DNA from: Cirrosporium novae-zelandiae
Lineage: Eukaryota
NCBI GenBank assembly: GCA_026023565.1
Contig: JAPETS010000045.1
Location: forward strand, 124,001-188,000
Reading direction: 5' to 3'
DNA length: 64,000 bases
The translations under genes and the position numbers were made by a program. Positions 50,886 through 62,787 of the stretch are shown here, piece after piece. Under the pieces are notes generated by a model that was given only the letters and a program-made list of their open reading frames with translations, was not told the DNA's origin and searched no databases. How positions within the stretch are numbered: the first letter of the stretch is position 1; every line of letters starts with the position of its first letter.

Positions 50886-53800
50886 ATGCGCACCCGACAA
50901 CTGAGGCCTGCATTGGCTTTGCACTCTCAGGCCCAAGGTTCAAGCTTATTGAATTGGGTCTGCCTTCTCCTTCTAATACCATGGCTCAAGCTTGCTTTTG
51001 GGATGACCGATAGGGAGATCTGGGACCTAAGGTCATTTCAATCCATCTGTTAATCTCGTCACAGTTTGCTAAGTTCCTTGACCTACAGAAAAGAGACGGT
51101 TGAAGTCTTTTACCACGGCTATGATAATTACATGAAATATGCATTCCCTGATGATGAATTGAGGCCCATAACGTGCAAACCACTCACAAGAGACCGACAA
51201 AATCCAGCCCATATCGAACTTAATGATGTCCTCGGTAACTACTCTTTAACTTTAGTTGATACTTTATCTACTCTAGCCATTTTGGCTTCATCATCAGAGA
51301 ACAAACTATGGAAGCACAAACCTCTCGAGGATTTTCAGAAAGGAGTAGCCACTTTAGTCAAACAATATGGAGACGGGACGGATGGCCCTAACGGCGTCGG
51401 TATTCGCGCCAAAGGCTTCGATCTTGACAGCAAGGTACAAGTTTTCGAAACAGTCATCCGCGGGGTCGGAGGCCTGCTCAGTGCTCATTTATTTGCTGTA
51501 GGCGACCTCCCGATCCGAGGTTATGAACCATCCGCACAAGAAATACAAGAGGCTAAATTCTGGACTGAAGGGAGTAAGAACACGGGTATCAAGTGGAAGA
51601 ACGGGTTTAGATATAATGGTCAGCTTTTAAGGCTAGCCCATGATCTAGGCAAGCGCTTGCTTCCCGCCTTTTACTCAGCCACCGGAATCCCGTATCCTAG
51701 AGTAAATCTTCGTTATGGAATACCATTCTACCCCAACTCTCCGCTCAACTACGACCCAGATGGCAGTCAATACCTTTCCTCTCAACATGGATCGCTGGAG
51801 ACTACAGAGACATGCAGCGCAGGCGCTGGAAGCTTGCTACTAGAATTTATAACTCTTAGTAGGTTGACAGGTGATGACAGATTTGAAGCACTCGCTAAAC
51901 GAGCTTTCTGGGCTATATGGGATAAGAGAAGTTCTGTTGGTCTTCTCGGTGCTGGGATTGATGCAGAAAGTGGTTCATGGATTGGGCCAATAACGGGCAT
52001 TGGAGCTGGCATTGATAGCTTCTTTGAATACGCCTTCAAGACCTATGTCCTACTTGCTGGCCTTGAGCCAAAAACTAATAGCTCGTTGAATCAGTCAACC
52101 GATCCTTTCTATGATCCCAATGTATTGTTCGAGCCTTTGACTTTGGAAGAAAATTCACCTAATGCCTTTTTGAGAGTCTGGAATAACGCTCATGCAGCAA
52201 TTAAACGCCATGTATATAGGGGATCTGATTATGAACATCCTCATTATATACAAGTTGAGCTTTTCACGGGTTCTCCACGAGCATATTGGATTGATAGTTT
52301 GAGTGCTTACTACCCTGGTCTCTTGACAATTGCGGGCGAATTAAACGAAGCTATCGAAGCGCATCTCTTGACTACTGCTTTATGGACGCGCTATTCTGCT
52401 TTGCCGGAAAGATGGTCTGCTTATACTAGAGATATCGAAGGAGGGCTTGGGTGGTGGGGAGGACGTCCTGAATTCATCGAATCGAATTATTATCTGTTTC
52501 GGGCTACAAAAGATCCATGGTACCTTCACGTTGGCGAAATGGCTCTCCGCGATATTAAAAGAAGGTCTTGGACCCGTTGCGGTTTAGCTGGACTTCATGA
52601 CGTTCGAAATGGCGAAAAGAGTGATCGCATGGAAAGTTTCTTCTTGAGCGAGACTGCACAGTATCTATTTTTGCTATTTGATTCATCTCACCCCTTGAAC
52701 ATATTAGATAAACCATTTGTTTTCTCTACAGAAGGCCATCCGTTGCTCATTCCGAAGCTACCAGCACATGAGGCGAAATCATATCAAACTAAGGAGGCCG
52801 ACGTCGGCACAGAAAGTTCAGCATCTTGTCCGCTCCCGCCGGGGAATGTACCTCTAAGCTTTTCTGCGACTGCTGCCAGAGCGGATGTATTCCACGCGTC
52901 GGCACTTGCAAGACTTAATCTTATACCGGATCACCACGATTTGGAATCTTCACTACTGGACTTCTCGAGCGATTATCCGAGTATATCGGTCTCAGATATA
53001 CGTTCACCGTCAAATTTCACATACTATCCATGGACTCTTCCACCGCAGTTGATGCCTGCCAATGGAATGAGCGCTGCAATGCCAATTAGGTCCACACTAG
53101 ACATATCTTTCCCTGCCCTTCCTAATATGCTTCTTGGTCCCGGCACACTTACAAGGGTCCGCGACGGCATCCAAATAAATTCGCTAGGAGGGTTGAAGTT
53201 TCAGATGATCCGTGATGTACCCGGAGAGAATAGGCTTTGGCTTGGAGAGGATGACCAAAATGATGATTACAGGATTTATATCCTGAACAATGTTCTGCTA
53301 GGCAAAGACGAAAAAATTTACCTTGCGAGAGATGTCGTCCCTAATGTCATTAGCTCAGTCGATCCGAATTTCGAACGGGTACGTGACAATATCATACTTG
53401 AGATTGTCATTGACGTTCGTCCTTCGTACTTAGAAGATGATGCGATCAACCAAGAAACCTTAAAACCATCCTCGAAAGACCCATCTATCAGTTCCGATGA
53501 GGTTGCAGTGAATGAAACAAACACGCAACTAAATGTGGAGGAGGAAGGAGTCTCATCCGTATCCCCACCGAAAATAACAATGAGCTCCCTCATCCAACAG
53601 GTCTTGGGCATGCTCCGCGAACCTGACCGCAATCCCCACAAACGCCAAACCCGTTACCATATCCCTGCCATGTCCTCGTCAGGCCTCGGTGCCGCACCGC
53701 TCCCCGATTTCCCCGAAGCCCCTAGCGTAGATGCCTCTGGAGCATCCTACGGACCTCTATCATGGCGATCCATCTACATTGCCGGCGAGGCCTGCTCATC

Positions 53801-54146
53801 TAAACTCCCGATCTCCGCCCCAAAAAACCATCAGATCATCGTCCTAAAACGCGGTGGATGCAGCTTCTCCCACAAACTCCAGAATATACCCAGCTTTGCA
53901 CCCTCGCTCACTTCCCTCCAACTTGTCATTGTGGTATCGGATGAGGAATTCCTACTCCGACCGCATCTAGATGAGGCCCAGCACACTCCAGCAGGATTAG
54001 CTAGGCACAATGCGATTCCAATGGTGATGGTCGGGGGCGGCGATGAAACATATTCATTATTCAAGAATGCAGCCGGAGTGGGCGTGAAGAGAAGATACGA
54101 ATACAGATCTCAGGGAGTTCCGATTAGTAATCTTATTATTACATGA
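50886..54146 (+). CDS. MNL1: EDEM/Mnl1 (Htm1) ER-degradation-enhancing alpha-mannosidase-like protein, GH47 with PA-like domain
   Basis: Hydrophobic N-terminus; intron about 51032-51088; FYHGYDNYM, DELRP, VQVFET.IR..GGLLSAH, GIGAGIDSFFEY, RPEFIES, DRMESFFLSET, FSTEGHP; RGGCSFSHK near the C-terminus. Confidence 0.93.
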
Positions 54147-56858
54147 TCCTGCGTTTTATATTATATGAGTATGGGAATATAGGTCTTTTGTGTGATACCT
54201 CTCTGCATCATTATCAGGCGTTTTTTCCTCGTTGGGTTGGACATTTTTCTGATAAATCGCAGGGGAATGTTCCTAAGTTAGTAGGGTTCGAGAAATTCCC
54301 ACGATTGAAATGTGAACGTGATCGTGGTAGTGTTATTTTTTTTGGCCTCTTGAAAGCGAAGATTCTACAGCTAGTACATAGTCTGTTTGTCAATAACTCT
54401 TTAACAAGAGAAATGTGCATAATTGATAGACATAGTAAGGGGGCGGGATGATTGGCTTGTGATTTTCTTTCTTGTCTCAAAAATACATAGGAAATTGAAG
54501 TTGAAGTTGAAGTTAGAGGTTGTTATATCCAGCCATACATCCTTCAATTACAACAGGCTGACAGATTGGTAAATAAGTAAATTGGCAATGAATTCACTTT
54601 CAAACAATATTAATCTTCTCCATATTCCATATCTATTTGTCGGTTGACCATGTCCATGGCATGGACAGTATTACAGGTCAGGTCAGGTCAAACTCCATAC
54701 AACCAACCAAACAACCACCCACCTTATCCTATTATACCTCATCAAAAAAACCTCGTATTACTTACTTATTTCTTCCCTCATCTTTCTCACTTCAACCGAA
54801 CAAACAGACAATGAACAATCAAACAGGCAAGCAGCCAGTCAGCCAAATAGTTAAGCAGATAGACAATCAAAAAGGCAAAGAAAACCAAAAAAAGGACAGA
54901 ACAACAAAAGAGGATATACAATCCCATGTTGGAACAAGCTCGTTGAGAAAAATGAGTTACCCTACCTACTTACATACTTACATATATACCCAACTTCCTA
55001 GCTGCCTAACCACCTAACTACCCAACTACCCAACTGCCCACCTACCTACTTACCCGTCTGTCTGCCTACCTGCCCAACTGTAACTGTTTGTCCCTCTCGC
55101 CTTACTATACCTTGCCTTACCTATCCCTTCCCTCAAATGTCAGAACCCTCAACCCTCGCCCTCGGGGAAGGACAAGCAAGCAAGCATATATGCGTACATC
55201 CGTCCGGGAAAATGAAAGTAGCACGAGAGGGTGAGAGGAGGGGGGAGGGGATAAGGGGATAAGGGATGTCCGTTACCTTGGGATAGGAAGGGGGCATTAC
55301 AGTAGTAAGTGGGAGTAGTAACACACACACACGCATATACACGGTGGCGTAAATCTCTAACATGTGGCTTCTTTCCCTACTTTCCTCTTTTTCTCCTATT
55401 TTTTTTCATTCTTCGAATCCCTCTGTTTTGAAATTATTTTTTCTTGAACTATTATTTTTTTGCCTTTGGTTTTTTTTTTGGTGTTTTTGTTTGTTTGTTG
55501 ATTGCTTGTTTGATGGATAGGTACTTCTGCATGCATACGTCGTATATGCCAAAGGGCAAAGGCTAAAGGGGAAGAAGGGAGTAACAGCAAGGAGATTATT
55601 ACACAACAGCCAGCAGGTTACTGTACCTTCACCCTCTCGCTACCAAAGTAACGGGAAATCAATCCCATTGTTTTTTTTTTCTTTCGGTAACAAACAGCAA
55701 AAAAGTACCGCATTATGAAACTTGTATTTTTTTATTTCGGGGGTTTTTTTACCGATGGGAAAGGAGAAAGAAAGGGAAATGGCAGATAACATAACGGGTG
55801 TGGCATGCAGCATGCTTAAATGGTTGGATGTTGGATGTTTGGATGTTTGGATGGGATGAGGTGCTCACCGTGTCGGGTTGGTAACTCTCCCATTTGACAT
55901 CCTGCCTTGTCCTTGTTTTTCTTATCTGTCAGTGAAGTTATTTGGTTATGTGGTTGGGGATATCCTAGAAAGAGAGGGAGAGCCATATGCACAGGTGAAC
56001 TGTCAGGTATTGTAGGGAGGGATGTAAGTAAGCATGAAGCCTGGATGCTTTACCGGTGTTCTGGTCTTGTTCCTTTTTTTTTGGTAAGGGAGGGGTTCTT
56101 GTTTTCTTTATCAATTTTGGTCAAGTAAAAAAATTTGATATATAATATTGCTAATGGATGTTCTTGAACTCTATCAAATGATTCATTCACCTGTCCATCC
56201 ATTCATTCATATCTCCTTTCCCTTGCCGTGGTGGAACAACAAGTAAGGAAAACAAAAGGTAGCTTTTAGGAGAGAGAAGAAAAAAAAGAGGACAAAAAGA
56301 TTTGATTTGAGAAAAAAGCCATCCTTTCGTTCAACATAAGTCTCATTTGGTAGTTTGCCCTTGCAGGCGTTAGGAACCAGGTACCTTTGCTCTATTTAAA
56401 GTCTCAAAAGGAAAAAAAAAACCCGAGGGCGCGTGCCCCTCGCCTGTATCATAATCCCCTTCGCATTTCCAAGGTTCTTTAGTGGCAATACATCTTTTTT
56501 TTTTTTCTTCTCCTTTTCTGGGTTGGATTGGTTTCGTAGAGTGGATTCTGTGAATATGATGGTGGTTAAGAAGGTAATCAAGAAGTGATGGAGCTTAGTT
56601 GTTCTTGTTTAACTTGCTTGAGAGAGTATGCAATATAGATGTGCTAAGGTTGAAGATGAAGGTGGGTTCGTATTCAAAAAGTTGATGGATATCATCAGAT
56701 AAATGTCGTTCAGTTGAGAAGTAGTAGTTGAGACGGTGTTGAAGTCAACCATCATAATCTCGAATCCCTGAAATAACTCGAGCGCATAAAATGGTAACGG
56801 TATAGTAATGGGGTATATGGCTTAAAAAGTTGCGTCTAGGAGACCACTATAATTTGGT

Positions 56859-57628
56859 CTAGTCCTCTCCTTGACTATTCAGTAAGGTGTATGCAGGCGC
56901 ATGCAGTTTATCGCGGCCCTTGAGGAAATCGAGTTCGATGATGAAGATGTAGGCTAGAAGATTGCCGCCAAGTTGTTTGACGAGGGAGCCGGCTGCTGCT
57001 GCAGATCCACCTATGACGCAAAAAGTCAACAAAAAAAACTCGACTCGTGGTGGCATGTATCCATTGCGCCCTAGAGGCAATGCGACATGAACTAACCAGT
57101 AGCAATCAGATCGTCAACAATTATAACCTTCTGTCCCGGTTTGATGCTATCTTTTTGCATCTGGAAATAATCCGTTCCATATTCCTTCTCATAAGCAGCC
57201 TCAACACACTCTCCGGGGAGCTTGCCCCGCTTCCTTACAGGTACAAAGCCCGCGCCCAACCTCAGCGCCAATGTAGTACCGAACAAAAACCCTCTTGCAT
57301 CCAATCCCACAATGATGTCAGGCTTATTGTCGGCGAGACCAGACTGCGTAAGGATATGCAGTTCGAGGGCAGAGATGAGGGCTTCGTGAACAGAGGGGTC
57401 GGCGAAGAGGGGGAAAATGTCTTCGAAGAGGATCCCGGCGCGTGGGAAGTCGGGGAATTGGCGAATGGACTTTCGCAGCTTTATCTTAAGACTGGTGAGT
57501 TTGGCGGTACTGGAGGTAAGTCGGGGCTCGCGGGGGGTTTGGGTGGGGTCGGGGGCATTGTGAGATGAATGAGAGGGGGTCGATGGCAGATCAGAGGAAT
57601 GGTCAGAAGCTGGAGGATGGTCGGACAT
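56859..57628 (-). CDS. APT1: Adenine phosphoribosyltransferase, 2 exons
   Basis: FPDFPRAGILFEDI, VGLDARGFLFG, PVRKRGKLPG, YEKEYGTD, IIVDDLIATGGSA (PRPP motif across the intron). Confidence 0.96.
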
Positions 57629-57638
57629 ACTGAAGAGA

Positions 57639-57669
57639 GAAGAAGAAGAAGAAGAAGAAGAAGAAGAAG
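57639..57669 (-). repeat. (GAA)n/(CTT)n tract just upstream of the APT1 ATG (CT-box-like)
   Basis: About 10 tandem GAA units on the + strand. Confidence 0.9.
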
Positions 57670-57918
57670 GGGAAAAGCAGAAGGGAGAGGGAATTTGGGG
57701 GGTAAATGAAGGGAGGGTCAGATATTGGTTTTTTTTTGGTTTTTTTGGTTTAGGTAAAGATATTGGTGGGGTGGAGGGAGGGAATGGAGGGATGAAGGGA
57801 TGGGGGTTTGAAAGTTGCTTGGAGGGGCCAGTGAAGGCTTGGAGGGGCTTGGAGGGGCTAATGGGGGTGCGCTGTTCCAGTGCTACCTTGACTGGCCTAC
57901 ACTACATACATGCTCATG

Positions 57919-57975
57919 CTCACACTCACACTTACACTCACACTCACACTCACACTCACACTCACACTCACACAC
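57919..57975. repeat. (CACACT)n microsatellite
   Basis: Near-perfect tandem hexamer upstream of APT1. Confidence 0.9.
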
Positions 57976-58371
57976 TGAACTACACTGAACTACATTGACC
58001 TTACTTAACACGGTTCCTTGCTAGCAACAACTCTAACTTGCTCTTACAACCCGTATCGTAATACCCGTACATTGTGTAGATTCTGTTCATACATGTTACT
58101 TACATATAAAATTAATATCACCTATTATCACTGCAACAAAAACCTGTCAACCGGGTACCAACATTGATTGCGGAAAGAATATTCCAAATTACGAAACCTT
58201 GGGGAATTCAAATATACATATCCTTTTTTTTTCCTCCTTGGTACCATTCCTGAGTCAGCATAAAACTCCTTCTAGTTAGATCGGCCTGGGTCTGGTCTTT
58301 TTTTTCCAACATGCATCCAACCATAATCAGCAAGCTTTTCTATCTCCGTATGACATGTTACTCTGGTATAC

Positions 58372-58409
58372 AAAATAAAATAAAATAAAATAAAATAAAA
58401 TAAAATAAA
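58372..58409. repeat. (AAAAT)n microsatellite
   Basis: About 7 tandem units. Confidence 0.9.
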
Positions 58410-60468
58410 TCTCGAAGTTTAAGTGGCTGTAAGGTTTGTATCCATCAGATAAGGTACGACGGCAGTAGCCCTCTCCCTTTCGGCCTTATGGCTCCTCTTA
58501 AAAGGCTGGAATTAATTAATACAGAGCCATTGCTGTCTATCGGTCATCAATCATGACTTAATGACTGTCATCCTTGCCTCCAAGATCAATTCTAGCCTCT
58601 TTCAGTCTTTTTCATCCCCAATAATCCTACATCCAATCTCGATCCAACCTTCCAAGCTTCAAATATTTCAAACAAGCAAGCCGTCAAGGTTCAAAAAACA
58701 AAAAACAAAAAAATACCAGAGTCCCTTTCTTCTTTCTTGTCTTGACCTTTCACAACTCATACCTTGGCCACACCTTGCTCCGAACTATCATCCATGAGCC
58801 ATGAGAGCACGTTGTGGGTCAAATGTTGATAAGCATCCAAGGCATCCAAGCAATCAATTCAAAGGTAACTCAAAGGAAAACCCAAAAGAGACGAGTCGGA
58901 ATTGTATCCACACATGGGTACCACACCCTGGTGGAAAAGCCACAACTTCAACAAATCACAACTACACCTCTCAACACTCTGAACCTCGATTGCGAATCCA
59001 AAGACGCTGTGGACAGTCACTAAGCCCTTTAATCTATTATTCCAGAACGCCAGACAGCTATCTTTGGCGTCATTGCAACTTGCTATGTAGACCACCACGA
59101 ACCTCGCGAATGAGAAACTATGACTGCGGCTCGGATGGCCCGAACGGATTGTCTCCCTATATGCAAGTATGTGTACCGGCCAAAGTCGAGAACCTTTTGA
59201 TCTTCAGGGCTTCTACTTTTTTACATATAAAAAGTGGCCTTGGTGGCACCACAATGCTCGAGCGTTCTCGTCATGAATGGCTCCTGTTGTCGTCATTGGC
59301 TGCAATGTCTTGCTCTGAAATGGTCTATTCACGGATTACATCCCCAGACCTCCACCATCTTCTTCCCCAATGCCGTAGTGGAGTACTCGTGGCGACTTGC
59401 CTCGAAAATAATTATCCTCCGAGACGCTGCATATTGGGAGATGATTGTACAGATATTACTCTCTGACAGCTAAGGCTATCCCTGTTATTGCATGCTTGAC
59501 GTGCTTAAGTAGGCAAGGCACATTCTCCGATGATACCCCGCTATAGCCTCATCACATACATCAATACCGAGAATTAGTACGAAAATACCAAAATAATTGA
59601 CTTAGAGGATTAATCACATATACATAGCTATTGATCTTTTTTAATGAAGCTTTGAAACCCCGGTATCAATCAAGGAAAATAAGACTTGGAAGAAATAAAC
59701 TCTTCGAGAGCTCCGACCTTTTTATTTTCTAGATCCAACTTTAACCTCACCGCCGTCGGAGGGCCGTTGGTGTTCCGAGGGTCAATCGGCCTCACCTCGA
59801 GGGAAAATAGGAAAATGTCGCAATGAAACTTTCAAAGCTTGACATGACCCTACCGTCTACCGTCTACCTCCGTCTACCTCCGGCTAATTACCTCCCTGCT
59901 CCTGCAGCAGAGCCCACTTTAAGAACACATCATTTTACATAAAACTCTATTCAAATTCCTCAGCCTCCGACGTCGACCTGCAGCAAAGTGTACGCATCCA
60001 AAACGTGGGACTTAGCCGATACGCCGTTCCAGGCAGGTAATCCATTCACGGCCCTATCAGGCACCAAAAGCATGTGGTCCTCCCTTTCGCACTATTCTAC
60101 CTGCCACCAAGATACTTGATAGAATGACCGCGAATATGGCTGGGAACTATTTAATTTATATATAATAATATATCGAGTACATATATGTATATTCATGTGG
60201 AGATAGATTAAATTAAAAAGTTGGTCTCTGTCCACTTGACAACATGTTCATACCTCTTGTTAAAGCAAACCAGAGTCGGCTTTGGGCCGAAAGTCATCTT
60301 AGTCAGTTAATAGACAACTCAACTCAATTCAATAATGAGATTGGTATCGTCGGACCGCCTCCGAGCCTAGACAGGACCAAATTTTGACCACCAATGTTTC
60401 TTGCCGCCCATGGCGAGGTGGTTAGCGGCTTTGGCCGTGGTTGGAGAACCCGATGGGATGCTCCTTTG

Positions 60469-62286
60469 TTATGGGTCTATTATACCCCCAATTGCTTTAG
60501 GGCCTTTATATCCCTTTTGCGCTCCAAAAATCCACCAAAAAAGCACCAGAATAGTCAAGCCACCTGTGATGAGGCAGGAGTAATTCATATTTTGTGCGGC
60601 AACTGGGAGTGAGTAGGGAAACATCTACAGTATGAGGAGGATTATAAGCACAATGCCTCAAAGCTTCACAAGAAGGCAGTCTAGGTCAGATTTCTAGGAG
60701 AACTCACATATATGATGTCAAAAGCCAACATATACAAACAAGCTACAGCATTGACAATAAGCCCAAGCCAGCCTTTCATCCAAAAGGGCCCTGGAATTAT
60801 GTTTTTGCGCCTTGACAGAAGATGTGGAAGGATGGCTGCAAGGTACGAGAACGTGCTTAGCACGACAAAAGAACCGATTAATGCATTGAAGGCTGTAGTG
60901 CTTCCGAGGTAGATGCATCCCAGTACCGTAGAAATACATCCACAAGCGAGAGTCGCAACAAACGGATTCCGAAATCGAGCCGAGATCCTGCCGATGTACT
61001 GGGGAAATGGTGTAGCGCCTTCACGACCAAGCGTAAAAAGTGTACGTCCAGCCGTGATGTATGTCCCGATATTTGTAATTACTATTGGAAGAAGAAGAAG
61101 GACAAGAAGGCCAATGGTCCCAGCGTTGGAGCCTGTTGCTTGGTAGTAAATCTCGGCGAGGGGGAATGAGGAAGAGGAATCAAGGATGTCAGAGAAGGAA
61201 TGTATGGCATAGAAAATGGCAACCATGTAGCACAGAGCTGTGACAAAGCCCGTGGCCATTTGGGCGAAGATAGCACGAGGGATATTCACATTGGGATGGG
61301 GAATCTCTTCGGCAAGGTGACTACAGCAGTCAGGGGTCCCAACCGAATACGCGCCATTGAGCATGCCTAAGCAAAAGACAAAGCCCTGGAAATGATTAGA
61401 GCGTATCTGCGGCGTACGGCTGGGATTCTCTCACCTGGCTTGAATACCCGATATCTGCGGCCCAATCTTTCCAGACAAAAGCGTCGCTGGCGTGGCCAGG
61501 GCGACCCCCATGTCCGGGCATTGCCGCACAGACTACGATGGTGATAAAACATCCAGCTAATATGAAGAAAAGGCCCAAATTGTTGATAGCTGGAAGAGCT
61601 CGATTTGCGAAGAGGACAGTACCGCAGGAGAGCCACACGGCCACGAGATAGGCAATAAAGACGTGCCAAGCATGTGGTACAAAGTCTGGGTGATATAGGC
61701 TATACATCGAAACTGTAAGATTTCCGATGATTGCTGACATGGAAGCGCTCCCTTTGTCAAGTCAGGCAATCGGGTTCTCAATCGGCCCTTTCCATGAGGC
61801 ACATATACTCACCAAAGATCCATGCAAAGAAATTCTGCAAGTTGTGATTAGCTTCCATGTTGCAATTTTTTTTTCGATATTATTCAAGCTATATCTTACC
61901 CAGTACCCCGCAAAGAAGCCGCAGACCCTCCCGTATTTTCGCCCTGGGGTAACAGAAGCCCAATGGTATACCCCTGCTGACGAGGGAATCGCTGAAGCGA
62001 GCTCTGCAATACAAGCAGCAACAAGCCAGTAGAAAACCGAAACCGCGATGAATTCATATATCACACCAGGAGCCCCTCCATTGTAGAGGGAAACGAGAAT
62101 GCTGCCTCCCAGCGCTGCCCACGTATTCCCTGTGGTGATTCCTACCGCGCTGACACTTAGAAGGCTGAAATTGCGATCGAGCTCTTGGTGATGGCCCGAT
62201 GCATTAACATCTTCGAATTCACCAGGACTCCCATTTTCCACAGCTCCTTCTTTTCCCTTTTCTGGTATAACATCCTGCTTATTCAT
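60469..62286 (-). CDS. Amino acid/choline/GABA permease (APC superfamily, ACT family, HNM1/UGA4-like), 5 exons
   Basis: ELDRNFSLLS, AELASAIPSSAGVYHW, GFFAGYWNFFAW, GMLNGAYSVG, HLAEEIP, GPFWM, FPYSLPV..QNMNY and YKGP motifs. Four introns; stop TAA at 60469-60471. Confidence 0.9.
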
Positions 62287-62481
62287 GATCGGTGTCTGTT
62301 ATCAGCACCGTCGTTAATGCGATGTTATTCTTGAAGCGACCGAGAAGAACAACGGGAAGTTTCCATTGAGCTATGGTTGTACTACGGTCCTGTTAAGTAT
62401 TTAAATAATTGGCAGGGTTCGCAAGGCAAACGCGCTATGAGACGCAGTTCGATGTCAGAAAGACTGGTATTGTGGTAGTGA

Positions 62482-62531
62482 GATAAGGACCGAGGTTCCT
62501 AAATGAGAAGGAGATGATGCTTATCGATAAG
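62482..62531. promoter_or_regulatory. GATA sites including the palindrome CTTATCGATAAG in the divergent promoter
   Basis: GATAAG at 62482-62487; CTTATCGATAAG at 62520-62531. Confidence 0.45.
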
Positions 62532-62787
62532 CCCCGGCCATTCAATCATTCTTTTATGTCAACATCCTGAATATTTGCGGCCAAGGTCTGTCTCCGAATA
62601 GCTATGATTTGCAACATGTGAGGATTTCTGCAAACTATCGATTGACATTGTTATTTATGAGTAGTTGGCAATCATCAAAACTTAGGATGGCTCCTTTAGC
62701 ATCAACTGCTGCCAGGCTCACCTTTATTAACAGAGAGTTGAATTGACCATAGATGGATGTATTTTCTTGTTAACTAAATAATATACT

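Noticed and set aside
54150..56850. Short ORFs in the long MNL1-APT1 spacer
   Set aside because: They derive from homopolymer and microsatellite sequence and are not coding-like.
59714..59820. Imperfect inverted repeat (CGAC.TTTT..TATTTTC) suggesting a MITE
   Set aside because: Short, low-complexity and gapped, with no target-site duplication found.
60367..60471. Permease TAA as a premature stop (frame stays open about 33 more codons)
   Set aside because: The stop falls after the last transmembrane helix and the YKGP motif, where these permeases normally have short variable tails.
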